Source: Eledone cirrhosa (taxonomy: Eukaryota). From it: 64,000 nt of DNA. A model generated the notes under the pieces. That model had not been told where the DNA came from. It made no database searches and saw only the letters and a program-made list of their open reading frames with translations. Below are positions 1 through 26,492 of this stretch, in pieces (the stretch's first letter is position 1; each line of letters starts with the position of its first letter). The position numbers were made by a program, and so were the translations under genes. Where the stretch lies: positions 40,610,001 to 40,674,000 of the forward strand of contig OZ024756.1 of assembly GCA_964016885.1 (NCBI GenBank), written 5' to 3'.

Positions 1-3000
1 GACAACTCCTCTTTGATGCTGCAATAAATTAAATGGGAGATAAAAGGAACCCGAAACAGTTTATATACACACTCTATATAAATATGAACACCTTTTTTAT
101 TATATGATATTATATATGTATATATACATGTATGTATATATACCTATATATGTGTATATGTATATATTTTCTTTGTTTTTCAAAATACAGAAAAAAAACA
201 AAAAAACTTGTTTGTTGTTATTATTTGTCTGAAGGAAAGGCAGGGTTAAGTATGGTACCATACATAGCTCTTACTTTATGTATAGTACCACAGTTGTTAC
301 CTTATGTATAGTACCAGTTGTTGATACACACATATAGTGTGCTAGTGTAGAAACCGTTTCTTGACCAATTGGTTACAGTACCACTGTGACCCCCATATAT
401 AACTTGCTCCTTATAACATGTGTGACCCCCATATATGGCAATTGTGAGTGTTGGTTATAAGCTACTGCTAAACCTACAAACTTATTTCTATATCCAATGA
501 TAACAAAAGAAATAGGCCAGGTATTAACATTTTATTCATCTACGACACATTGAGCTGTCCTGATTGATATATATATATATATATATATATAATATGTTCG
601 TCTGTTAAAAGGTTTCTATCCCCTTACTCAACTCTTTGGGAGAAAGTGATGCCATGGTTGGGTTTCTAGAACCTTCCACATGTGTAAGGTTGTTAATTCT
701 GAGATAAAGAAAGGAGTATTGATCCTTAGTAATTGATTGATACTTTATCAACTGTACAAGTGAAAAACAAACCTGAACAAGGACTGGTTGGGGTTATAAT
801 GACCCCTTTAACTTAGGTGAATGTAAATGATGATTGTCACCACTTTACAAAGTATAAAAAAGCACTATGATTGCATCACATTAAAAATTAAAGTTGTTAC
901 TTTAAAACTGCAAATTTTCAGCAGTCTGCTTACTAATGAAGACATTACAAACATTTAATTTACATGAAATGATCAAAGCATTAAAGAAAGGCTATCAAGA
1001 GTGAAGGCAGGCAGTGGCCATGATCCATATCAGCGTTGCCCAGTCCCAAGTTGGTAGAAGGAAGGTATCCTTTGGCTGGAGACCTAGTATCAACTACAGA
1101 GCGGGTGTATACCAGATGATAGATTAAGTTGCCCTTCACTGGTACAGCTGACCAGACAGCAGCATTTATTTATTACACTCTTTTTCCATTTGTTTGTATA
1201 AAAACAAAAACATTGTCTTTGACTGATGTATGTATGTATATATGTGTGTGTAGGGAGAGTAATTCTGTTTGTAAGGAACAGTTTCAGTACCAGACTGGAA
1301 GCTACCTTCCATGTTTAAGCGAAACCAACAAAAGTTAATTCTAACAATCAAAACTGCAGATAATAATAAAGGAGTAAAAATCACTTGAAATACTGTTGTT
1401 ACCATTAAGAAAAGACAATAGTCTTGGAAACACAACTTCCAATACCGAATATTTGAAGCTATGAAAGATTCTCTCTTTGCTACAGGTCAGGGAAAGGTTG
1501 TTTTTTGTTTAGAAGAAAACCAACAGCAGTCGCCCACATACAATGTGGCCAATGTTGTCCGAGGAAAAGACAATTTATACAAATTGAAACCAGCCGCATC
1601 AGAGGTGAATTTAAAATGCAAAAGGTTGAAAGAAATACAAAGAGTTTTGCCATCCAACCTCTAACAATTCTGCCAATTTGCCACCCTTGGATTGATGCTT
1701 TATCAACAGCAAAAGGATGTGTGTGAGGAGGGAGAGCAAGGGAGTGCTGAGCTGAAACAATTACGGCTTAAACAACAGCCAATACTAACAAAAGTGTGCT
1801 TTATTGTAGATATTGAAAACTACATCAGATCTCCACCATTGATACAATAGAGATTATGAAGGTGAGGAATTAAATATGAAATTAACAGAAAATATCAATT
1901 CAATCCAGCCTAGGACAGTGATATTATCTATCAAAATAATTGCTTCACAAACCAACGAGAAAGGGATCTGGGCCGCTATAATGTCACACATGACCTATTA
2001 AGAAATAACAACCAAATCTACCTCAATTCACACCATAACATTAAAGAATAATGTAAGGACAGTAGATCCCTCCATTCAGAATGATGGCACATAAACAAGA
2101 CTTAAAAAATATCTGCTGGAGACAACATTCAGCCAGAGAACTTATGGCAATGTGTGCCCTGATTCTTAATTGGTGAAAGCGAGACGAGTTTAGTTTGCAG
2201 ACCATTGTTATAAAACAGAAAGAGAAATAGCATAACTTATCCTCTGGAGACGCCTGACCCCTGGGGATATCATCAGCAGGGACACAGAGATTGTGGACCA
2301 AAGAAGACCTGATAACAGCTATACAGGATCAGGAATACTGGTAAGGGGTTGTGGTTGTGGGCCCTATGATTTCACCTGTGTTCATGACTATCTGCCAGTG
2401 ATAACTCCTGGTAGAAGTGTCATTGCTTTTCCAGTGACAGGAGGCAGGATTTCAACTGAGAACATCCTGTTAGACTGTTTAACAATTTCACCACTCCACA
2501 GCCCCTGGACTGGTACTTAATGGACCCCAAAAAAGACAAAAAGTGAAGTTGATCATGACAGGATTTGAATATAGTGTTGGTGTCACCAAAAAATACACCT
2601 AGTACACTCTGTAAAATGGTTGTGTTGGTATCATAATATACATATAGTACACAACAACATTTAGTGCTGGTGTCATGAGAAAATAAACCTAGTATACTCT
2701 GTAAAGGGATTGAAAAAGAGAAAGTAGGGTATACAGGGCACTTTCGTCTGGATGAGGATATCTCAAATGCTGGTGCTGCAAAATACACCCAGTACACTCT
2801 GTAAAATGGCTGGCAATCAAGAGACTATCAGGTAAAGAGGACACTTTAGTCTTGACTGATTCAAGGTGACCTTACTAGCACCAGTGTCAAAATACACCCA
2901 GTACAGTCTGTAAAATGGATGGCAATTGAACAGGCAATGTAGGTTGGGTTTAGGAAGGGCTGTAGAAATCATGCTGAAAGTGGAATGTATGAGCAAGACG

Positions 3001-3206
3001 TGATCCTCCAACTCATTTAGCAAGGCAGAAACTTCAAATAAGAACTCGCTCACTGTAATGACCATCCACCTCAAGACAGCATAGAAAGTGAGTGAAAAAT
3101 ACAGACATTTAAGTCTGAGTTTCTGATGAGAGTTCGTAATTTTCAATTTATAAAAGTAGAAAATACATTTAAAAACGAACATTCAAATAATTATGGCATT
3201 TCATAA

Positions 3207-3416
3207 CCCTTTAGCATTTAAACCAGCTATATATATCTGGCCAGAATTCTCTCATCTCTTTCTTTTCAAACCAGCTGTAACCAGCAACTTATACTTGTGT
3301 TAAGTTATTGTTCTTATAATAAGTATTATCAAAATCTCAGATTCGATATTATGTGAGATAAAGCTTTTACCCCGAAAATACAATAGTAAATATAGAGTAA
3401 TGTAAATGCTAAAGGG
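3207..3416. mobile_element. piggyBac-type MITE
   Basis: CCCTTTAGCATTTA...TAAATGCTAAAGGG TIRs and shared internal sequence; TSDs degenerate. Confidence 0.8.
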
Positions 3417-4146
3417 TTTTAAGATCATACACAATGGACATTGTAGTGTTTTTATACAATTCAATAACCATGTTAACTGGTATTTGGCTTTCACACACAC
3501 ACAAACATATATATATATATATATATATACACAACACTAGTATCAGCCCAATGAGATGAAAATGAAATTAACCAAAGCAGAATTTTAGAACTTGGAAATA
3601 TATATATTTAAAAATATACGGCAATTATTTTCCTAAATTCTTAATTTCAATATTTCAACTGGGCTTTAAAAGTAAGTAGTTGATGCTATTTTGTTAGACA
3701 CAAGCCTTAAATCTCAAACACTGGGGATCTAACCATATCAGTTGCTTCTGACAGGACCCACTGGAAGGAGTCTACCTCGACAACCCTCTCAGGTGGGCGA
3801 AGGAGACAGCCTTGAATGTTAGGAGGATGTGGACAATCAATTGTCTGAATCCCTAATTTATAGATGGAGAGAAAAATATTTAATTTGGTAGATAGAAACT
3901 GCAGAGGACCATTGTATAAATGTAGATGCATTTGTGAGTTTATGTCCTGTACAACAGCAGTTTGACAAAAAAGATGGATAAAAGAAGCACAGAAGTACAA
4001 GACTTGAAATGTAAAAGTACTAAGGTTGATATGATTGACAACTCTTCAAGGTAGTGCTACAGCATGGCCACAGTCGAATGCCAAACTAATCAAAGAACAG
4101 CTATAAGCACTTTCACCAATGTTCTTCAGATTTGTCCCAGAAAAAA

Positions 4147-7100
4147 TCAGGCGGTTTTATTGTGTGATAAAGGGGTCTTCCGTTTCCTACACTTATACTG
4201 TTTCTGTTTCTTAAAAGTAGGTTTTCCTTCATATTTTTCCTCTTCCAAATCATCATGGATACTGCACTTTCCAGGAGCTTGATACCTACAGAGAAAGAAA
4301 GAAAAAAATAATGAAATTTACAGCTCCCACATATTAAGGTTTAGCTGGCCCCCGTAATGATAGGGCTCTAGCCCTGTCATATTGTTACAGCTAATACTAA
4401 TGAAGGTTTAGTTGGCCCCCTCCGAGGTTGTATCATTGGTTCTTCAGGTGTTTTAATGATAGGGCCCTAGTCCTGTCATATTGTTACAGCTCATATGAAT
4501 TAAGGTTTAGCTAGCGCCCTCCAATTACAGAAAGAGAGAGAAATAAAAGTGAAAAACAAACCCAGGCTCATTAATATCCAGTTGGTCTTTAGACAGTAAA
4601 ATAGAGATACAAGGAATATCACGATTCACAATTAATCTGTAAAAAAAACGAAATAAAATTTAAAATACATGCACACACACACATTATATATACATATATA
4701 TATAAGATTAGTTACAACAGTGACATATACAGGTACTTAAGTTTCGTTGGATTATACACCCTAACTCATTCAGCCTGTCTCATAAAAAAAGATGGCTACT
4801 ATCACGGTTGACTCATATATATGGGAGCAGCATTAACTATATATTCTTGGGAGGTACAAAACAACTATGACCATATTTCATCAAAAATTTAAGATTCTCC
4901 CCAAATACTGCATCTTTTCACAATGATCTGACCACCCTGTATAGTTGTCATATTAGTAACACACACAAAAAAGCTCTCTGTCCACCTTGTAAATGTGGTC
5001 GGTATCAGGAAGAACATTCAGCCATAGAACTGTATGAGCAAGACAGGGTCACCTGACCTGGCTAGCCTCATAACATAACTTGTCTGAACAATGCAAACAA
5101 GGAAAATGGATGTTAAATAGTAATGATGAATCCTACTGTCAGGGCTTGGTAAAAGACATCTAGCCAAGCTGCCATACATTGGGACTGAACTCCCAAACTC
5201 ATGGTTGTTAAATGAACCCCCTAACACCGCCCCCCCAGCCTTGAAGGGCCCTGAAAAGAGTAATGTCCACCCCACGATTAAGGAATTTAGAAAAAAGATT
5301 CTAATGAAGGGCCCAGATTTGAGCTTTAACCTATGGCAGTGCTACCAGTAGCCCAGCACCAACCTCAGCAATTTTTCTATAATTAAAACTGACTTACTTT
5401 TCAAGTCCTTTTATCTTGGGCAGCCATGTTTCTTTCACTCTGCAAAAAAAGATTTGTTAATTTGAGAAAAAATATAACACAAGAAGAATATTGAAATCTT
5501 GTTTACTAATTGTTGTTGTTGTCACAGGTGAAACACAAAACTTATTGTTACATGTGAAACACAATCAAATTTTTAATGCTGTTGTGACAGGTGAAACCCA
5601 ACCTAGGTTTAGCTGGCCTCCTATGAGGGTTGCCTACAGTAGCTACTGTATACTGCTATAACTGTTGAAACTGCTTGTCTAAAAATTCCAGTATGTTTCT
5701 GTTATCCAACATTTCTTGGTGGCAACAACTTCTGCAAGTAACTTACAGTTCCTCCATCTTTTATTGATGTTTTGTGGTGTTTTAATGATGGGATCCTAAG
5801 TCCTATCATATATCACTAGTGACAGGAGATACTTAAAAATATGACTATATAAACATACAACACACCTTTCGTAGGCCAGTTTGCTCAGCTGATGAAGACC
5901 CTGAAAAGAATACAGAACTAAAAATAGTTAACAGGCCCCTTAAAACAAGTACTAAAAATGTAAACATTGTAGGTGCAGGTATGGCTGTGTGGTTATGGTG
6001 GTAGTATAGGTGTGGGTATGGCTGTGTGGTTATGGTGGTAGTGTAGGTATGGCTGTAGTGTAGGTGTAGGTATGGCTGTGTGGTTAAAAAGTTTACATGA
6101 TAACCAAATGGTTTAAAGTTCAATCCTTGTATACACACCTGTACAATATATACTGAACATAGCAAACCAACAATGATTAGATGTATATACTGTACAGGAA
6201 ATTAAACAGATGGATTGGAATAAGGAAGGAGACCTGGCCATAGAAAAAAAAAAAGAAAAACAGCCAATCTATGCTAGCATGGAAAAGAAAACGTGTGTGG
6301 TGTGTGTATATAAAAAGGATTTCTTTGTTAACCTCTATCTTGTGTTTCATAATTTCTGCACAGGTGATGGTCTTGGTGATGGCTTGTCCACTTCCAATCC
6401 ACACTATACGTTTTGTATTATCATCCTACAATAACAACAATAACATTAATAGTGACAGTTGGCTGGTTCTTATAGAATGTCTGAGAAACAGTGGACAATG
6501 TGACAATGAGAAAGAGGGGGAGATCTGTCAATGAAATTAATAAAACTTTTTGTATCTCTGTTTTGTCGTTTCCTTGAATTATATATATCACAGTACTATG
6601 CTTCAGTTAATCTTTAGATAATGATAAGTTTGAAATGATTTAATAAAGTTCTAATCTTCTATTAATTAGTTTATTAAGGCAGTTGTTGAAACAACTTGAA
6701 AGGTTCTTTCATAATTATAGAATTTACTGATTAAACAATAAAAAAAAAAGTAGAGACCATTACAAAATTAAGTGAAGATTTATTAGCCATCCATTCATTA
6801 ATATTTACAATAGAGAAGGATAAGAGACCAGTCTCAGTAAATTGTGAGTATATATAATTGCCATGTTAGTCTGAGTAGCTATCAGTAGATACTCTATACA
6901 GAGCACACCGCCCCTTCAATGTAAAGTTATGTTGATGCCACAACATCCAGGCCGAAACAAATGAGATCGTGTAGGTGTCACGACAAAAAAACACACAGTC
7001 CACGCTGTACTGTGGCTGTGTAGGCAACACGGTAAAAACCTCCCAGCCCCACACTGTAAATGTGGTTGGTGTTAGGAAGGGCATCCAGCTGTAGAAAACC

Positions 7101-7623
7101 TGCCAGACAGTCCACGCTGTAATGTGGCCGTGTAGGCAACACGGTAAAAACATCCCAGCCCCACACTGTAAATGTGGTTGGTGTTAGGAAGGGCATCCAA
7201 CTGTAGAAAAACCCGCCAGACAGTCCTATGTGAGCAAGACAATCACTCTTGCCTCAAGTGGGAAAACCCCCGTCCAAACCCATGCAAGCGTGGAACACGG
7301 ACGTTAAACGTTGATGATGATGAGAGCACACAACTCGTCTAACCCATGGTGGACAAATGGACGTTAAACGATGATTATGACAATGAAACAAAGTAAATGA
7401 AAGTGAGAAAACACGATGGGTGAGTCAGATTTATGACATTTTAGTAAAAAAAGACTAAAAATAACTGTTTCCAAACCTGCATTTTGTTGAGGGCAAGTCC
7501 AATTAAATTGCGGATCTTGCTGCCATACTGAACAGTCATTATGATATCATCGGGTTGTGTTGCCAAATGGGGACCTTTAGAATCGTCAACTGTGACAACA
7601 TCACCTTTAGTGTAGTTTTCCAT
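4147..7623 (-). CDS. RPP25: Ribonuclease P/MRP subunit p25-like (Alba domain) protein, 6 coding exons
   Basis: Exons 7623-7477, 6425-6333, 5900-5866, 5439-5398, 4636-4562, 4285-4147, all GT-AG and phase-compatible. They give MENYTKG...VQYGSKIRNLIGLALNKMQ/...IVWIGSGQAITKTITCAEIMKHKIE/GLHQLSKLAYER/VKETWLPK...LIVNRDIPCISILLSKDQLDINEPGYQAP. GSKIRN, GSGxAxxKxxxCAEI, GLHQ, ILLSKD and PGYQ are hallmark Rpp25/Rpp25L motifs. Confidence 0.92.
6895..7385 (+). mobile_element. SINE/LINE-tail element (family B) with internal duplication and (GAT)n tail in an RPP25 intron
   Basis: GTGGTTGGTGTTAGGAAGGGCATCCAGCTGTAGAAA occurs twice, then CCATGCAAGCGTGGA...GGACGTTAAACG(ATG)n. Related pieces at ~2540-2990, 22960-23010, 24690-25100, 34250-34500, 53280-53550, 56950-57360, 62960-63210. 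Confidence 0.75.
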
Positions 7624-8817
7624 ATTTCAATTTTAAAGAAGAGAGCTGTTATGGAGGTGGGGAAAAAATGGAAAATAGACATTTAAAAGAAATCATCAGG
7701 AAAGCATGTTGTTACACTCTACTAATGTATTGAGTACATTACTGGGGTTACATTTAGTTTTAATGTTAATAATTGTTTCTACTTTTTGGCACAAGGTCAG
7801 CAATTATCCAGTGCATTACTGGTACTTTATGTTATCTACCCGGTAAGGATGAAAGGTAAAGTTAACCTCGGCCGGATTTGAACTCAGACCATAAAGGGCC
7901 GTAACTCCATGCTGCAAAGCATGGCGTCCGACCCTCTACCGATACTGCCAGTTAATAATGATTTCTAATTTAAGTGCAACGTCAGCAATTTAGAGGAGGA
8001 GAAAGTTGATTGCATTGAACCCAATACATGACTGGTACTGGTATTTTATTTTATCACATCCTCTCTCTCTTTGTATGTATATATATGTGTGTGTGTGGGT
8101 GAGTTTCGGGTTCAATCGGTGGTAACCCCAATAATGTACTCAATACATTAGTAGAGTGTAACTTGCTTTCCTGATGATTTCTTTTGAATGAAACAGTTCT
8201 AGTCCTATAGAAACAGAAGCCATTTCTATATTAAATAATATATATATTACACACACACATGGATGCCGGTAGAAAACCACAATTCTTTGGTGACAGTCCA
8301 CAGAACTTAAATGACTCCAAGATCACCGACGTTACTTATTTTGGTAAATATTTACTATTACTCCAGTAACTTTTCAAAACTTAAGTCGATAGGTTTGGTT
8401 AGAATTTTGAAGGTAAAATTTTTTTTTTAAATTTTGTTTTTCCTGTGACTTTGAAGTGTTTTAAACGAATATGGCCTTAAAAAGTGTAATTTACTGGTTT
8501 TCCGTGGTACCCTCACCCGAGAACTCTATAACACCAGTCGGAGAGACTAGTGTAGTAATATTTACCCTTTATCGACCATGAAGCCATCCTGTATTGAGAG
8601 ATGACATAGTCGAACCTAACTTTGTAAAGACATTAGACAAACCACATAGTAAACTAAACATTATTATACAGTTGTTAACATTTCTTAACTGAAATATCTA
8701 TCTTTTAAATAAAATCCGTATTTACCATTTAAATTGTATGTCAATGCCTGAAATTCATTGGCAACAGAGACGGGACTCGTTGGTAGACGGTTCTGTCTGC
8801 TATCGACATTTTTGTAA

Positions 8818-8841
8818 CACGTGGGGGGAACACCGGAAGTG
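8818..8841. promoter_or_regulatory. E-box (CACGTG) plus ETS/GABP site (CCGGAAGTG) in the likely RPP25 promoter region
   Basis: Exact motifs in a locally CpG-richer stretch ~1.2 kb upstream of the ATG. A splice acceptor at ~7645 implies a non-coding first exon in this area. Confidence 0.4.
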
Positions 8842-10737
8842 ATTATATAAAGGTAGATAACTCTCACCAGCACCCGGCTCTGATGTGTTTTTAATTATCT
8901 ATTTGATTAACCATTAATTATCTATTTAATTAACCATTAACTATCTATCCAATTAACTATTTATAACGTAAAAATAATTCTGCGGAAAAGATTGAAAGTT
9001 TCATAAAAAATAAATTTACACGGAAGAAATTATTTTTACCCGAAAGTTGCTGGGAAACATGAGGAAGTTATTGATATGTAAATAAAACGAGTCGGCAGCA
9101 AGTTTCGATTGTTGTTAGATCTACACTTTTTCGTGTGTTTTGTTTTGTTGTTATATTTCTTAAGAGAAAAAAACGGGAGACATGTTAGATATATACATTT
9201 ACCGAAATGATTTTGTACATCGGTAACTTGATTTAAGGAGGGGATGAATTGCTGGGGTCATTAGAAGGTCTGATAAAATGCTTCGTGGTGTTTATTCCGG
9301 CTCTCTCTCTCTCTCGGAGTTCAAATCCCGCAAGGGTCAACTTTGCTTTTCATTCTTAAAGGTCGATAAATAAAGTACCAATCCGGTACTGAGATTCTTC
9401 CTCTCTTTCCCTCTCTTTCTCTGAGGAACATCGCATGTTCAGAGCTGGAGAGATGATGGGCTCAGTCAGGTTTTAAGTGTTTAAGACGTATATCACTACC
9501 TGTCCCCTACGACTAAATCAAGTGTTACAGATGGATACATAAGGTTTATGGACTCGATCTTATGATGTTTGTCTTCATTGAATCGTTGTAGTGAATGTGC
9601 ATGACTTAGTGGCTAGGTGGTTGAGTTGGCAGTCGAAAGGTTGAGAGTTCGATTCCGGAACTAGGCAGCACTTTGTGTTATTGAAATTGTTTCAGTCCAC
9701 TCAGTTGAGAAAAGGAGTAGTAATGTTACTGGTACTAAGCTGTACCTGTCGTTCTCTTTCGACAACATAATATACTGTAATCTTCCGTGTATTGCATGCA
9801 ACCCTTTTTGACCAGAAAAATGTCTGGAAAAGCTTAGTTTTTGGTGTATAAACTTTTAGTTATGGTATATACCGTACATCACCAAAACAAAGAAAGGCAA
9901 AGGCGAAAAAGGACTGCCATTTTTTACATGGAAGAATATGGTATCTTATAAACAGTGTAATAGTGTGCGCGTGTGTATATATATATATAGCCTCAGTACC
10001 CCCACCCCCGTAAATTCTATATAGCACTGGCCGAAAACGCAATACCAGCTAAAAATATAGCAGCAGTTTGAGACTCTAGTTTTTATTATTTAATTTTGTA
10101 ATATTATTATTAATTATTTTTTTTTATTTTAATTTATTAACTTTTTAATTTGTTAATTTTATAATTTCCCACTCTCAGACTCCTCTAGAATTCTTTTTTC
10201 GCCTGCTTTCTAGCTAGCCCAATCCCTCCACACTCCTTACAATTGCTGTATGGAAGTCACTTTCAATGCTTGACTGGCTTACCCCACTCCCTCATTGTTC
10301 TACAGGCAAGTTCAGCCCCCCCCCCCCCCCCCACCATGAAAAGTTTAATTGTGTTTGCAAGAAATTTTGACCAATCCTTTTGACAACTACAATCTTCAGA
10401 AACGAATCATCATTGCATGCCCATATAAGGAATTATCCCTTGAAAAGTTGGGCTATTTCCTACCACTCTAAAAATCTAATTTAGTCCAGAAATAGCCAGT
10501 GAAACAGCTCGAGCTCTTGAACATTTCCCTATTACCCACTCTACTACCCAAAGTATTGAGTACTCCGGTGCCTTATGGTCCACCTGGGTCCTTACCACAC
10601 TTCCTTCGTTATATATATATAGGAAAAAAGTCAGAACCCCGACGGCAGAGCTCAAACCGTTTCGTCAGCTATTTCTAGCCGAGAAATAGCTGTCGAAATG
10701 GATTGAGCTCTGCCGTCGGGGTCGCGATTCTTTATTA

Positions 10738-10928
10738 TCGGTGGATTGGCAGTATCAGTAGAGGGTCGCACGCCATGCTCTGTAGCACAGTGTTACGCCC
10801 CTTTATGGTCTGAGTTCAAATGCCGCCAAGGTTAACTTTACCTTTCATCCTTATGGAGTCAATAAAATAAAGAACCAGTAATACACTGGGGTAATTGCTG
10901 GCCTTCTGCCAATAGTAGAAACAATTAT
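10738..10928 (+). mobile_element. SINE family A copy
   Basis: Same head, B box and body as 14648-14842. Other copies at ~7770-7955 (-), ~9240-9395 (+), ~40062-40280 (-), ~44790-44985 (-); partial copies at ~38955 and ~51935. Confidence 0.85.
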
Positions 10929-11034
10929 ATATATATACATATATACAGAGAGAAAAGAAGAGAGAGGCTGTACACATCATAAACAATTATATCATTTTTA
11001 TTCAAATATATCATTGGGGTATATAAAGATCATA

Positions 11035-11234
11035 TCTATATAAGTATATATATATATATGTATATATAAAGACTATATATATATATAAAGACTATATATA
11101 TATATGTGTATATGTATATATGTGTATATATGTATATATATGTATATGTATATATATGTATATATATATGTATATATTTATATATATATGTATATATATA
11201 CATGTATATATATATATATATGTATATATATATG

Positions 11235-11269
<35 letters not shown>

Positions 11270-11270
11270 G

Positions 11271-11303
<33 letters not shown>

Positions 11304-11304
11304 G

Positions 11305-11335
<31 letters not shown>

Positions 11336-11408
11336 GTATATATATATGTATATATATGTATATATGTATATATATATGTATATATATATATATGTATATA
11401 TATGTATG

Positions 11409-11439
<31 letters not shown>

Positions 11440-11954
11440 GTATGTATATATATGCATATATATATATATGTATATATATATGTTATATATATATATGTAT
11501 ATATATATGTTATATATATATATGTATATATATATGTAATATATATATGTATATATATATATATATATGTAATATATATATATATGTATATATGTAATAT
11601 ATATATGTATATGTAATATATATATATGTATATATATATGTAATATATATATGTATATGTAATATATATATGTATATATATATGTAATATATATATGTAA
11701 TATATATATGTATATGTAATATATATATGTATATGTAATATATATATATATGTATATATGTAATATATATATGTATATATGTAATATATATATGTATATA
11801 TGTAATATATATATGTATATATATAATATATATAAATATGTAATATATATATATATATGTAATATATATATATATATTTAATATATATATATATATATAA
11901 TATATATATGTAATATATATATATATATATGTAATATATATATATATATATGTA

Positions 11955-11990
<36 letters not shown>

Positions 11991-12016
11991 GTAATATATA
12001 TATGTATATATATATG

Positions 12017-12078
<62 letters not shown>

Positions 12079-12381
12079 ATATGTAATATATATATATATA
12101 TATATATATGTAATATATATATATATATATAATAAGTAATATATATATGTAATATATATATATGTAATATATATATATATATATAAGTAATATATATATA
12201 TATATGTAATATATATATATATAAGTAATATATATATATATATGTAATATATATATATATAAGTTATATATATATAAGTTATATATATATGTAATATATA
12301 TATATATAAATGTAATATATATATATATAAATGTAATATATATATATATGTAATAAGTAATATATATATATATATATATGT

Positions 12382-12462
<81 letters not shown>

Positions 12463-12515
12463 ATATATATATATATATGTAATATATATATATATGTAAT
12501 ATATATATATATGTA

Positions 12516-12550
<35 letters not shown>

Positions 12551-12584
12551 GTAATATATATATATATATATATTATATATATAC

Positions 12585-12615
<31 letters not shown>

Positions 12616-12628
12616 GTAATATATATAT

Positions 12629-12659
<31 letters not shown>

Positions 12660-12669
12660 GTAATATATA

Positions 12670-12708
<39 letters not shown>

Positions 12709-12730
12709 ATATATATATATATATATATGC
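11035..12730. repeat. About 1.7 kb compound (TA)n/(TATG)/(TGTAA) microsatellite
   Basis: Directly visible; begins ~15 bp past the CFAP91 stop codon. Confidence 0.97.
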
Positions 12731-12744
12731 AGTGCATGTGTGCA

Positions 12745-26008
<13,264 letters not shown>

Positions 26009-26135
26009 TTTGGATTGATTCTACGTATAGGCCTTTTATATACGCGGTTATTTATATGTTTATATGTATCTCTGTACGTAGGTTGGTGTGTGCGTGTGTA
26101 TGTATATATATATATATATATATACTAAATGTGTT

Positions 26136-26187
<52 letters not shown>

Positions 26188-26225
26188 TGTATATATATAT
26201 GTGTGTGTGTATGTACCTTTGTATG

Positions 26226-26256
<31 letters not shown>

Positions 26257-26325
26257 AAGTCTATGTAATGTCGCTGCCAGCTATAAGATGACAGGAGAGA
26301 CGAAAACAGTAAAAAGTTTTTGATA

Positions 26326-26339
26326 GTTGCTGTGGTTAC
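26326..26339. promoter_or_regulatory. RFX X-box-like motif upstream of CFAP91
   Basis: GTTGCTGTGGTTAC, ~320 bp upstream of the ATG of a motile-cilia gene; resembles GTNRCCATRGYAAC. Confidence 0.45.
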
Positions 26340-26460
26340 AAAACAGGGGAGAGAACTCTAGGTTGGTGTACAGAAGGATTATGGGTTGGATGTGTGCATG
26401 TATATATATATATATATACGTGTGTGTGTAAAAGGTAAACAGAAATAACAACACAATCAG

Positions 26461-26492
<32 letters not shown>

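Noticed and set aside
1461-2520. Short ORFs downstream of RPP25
   Set aside because: No recognisable motifs or consistent splice structure; probably old TE debris. An unrecognised exon cannot be excluded without a database search.
9595-9670. tRNA-like sequence with A and B boxes
   Set aside because: No proper acceptor stem or cloverleaf, and it continues into a SINE body; treated as a SINE head, like ~41362 and ~58412.
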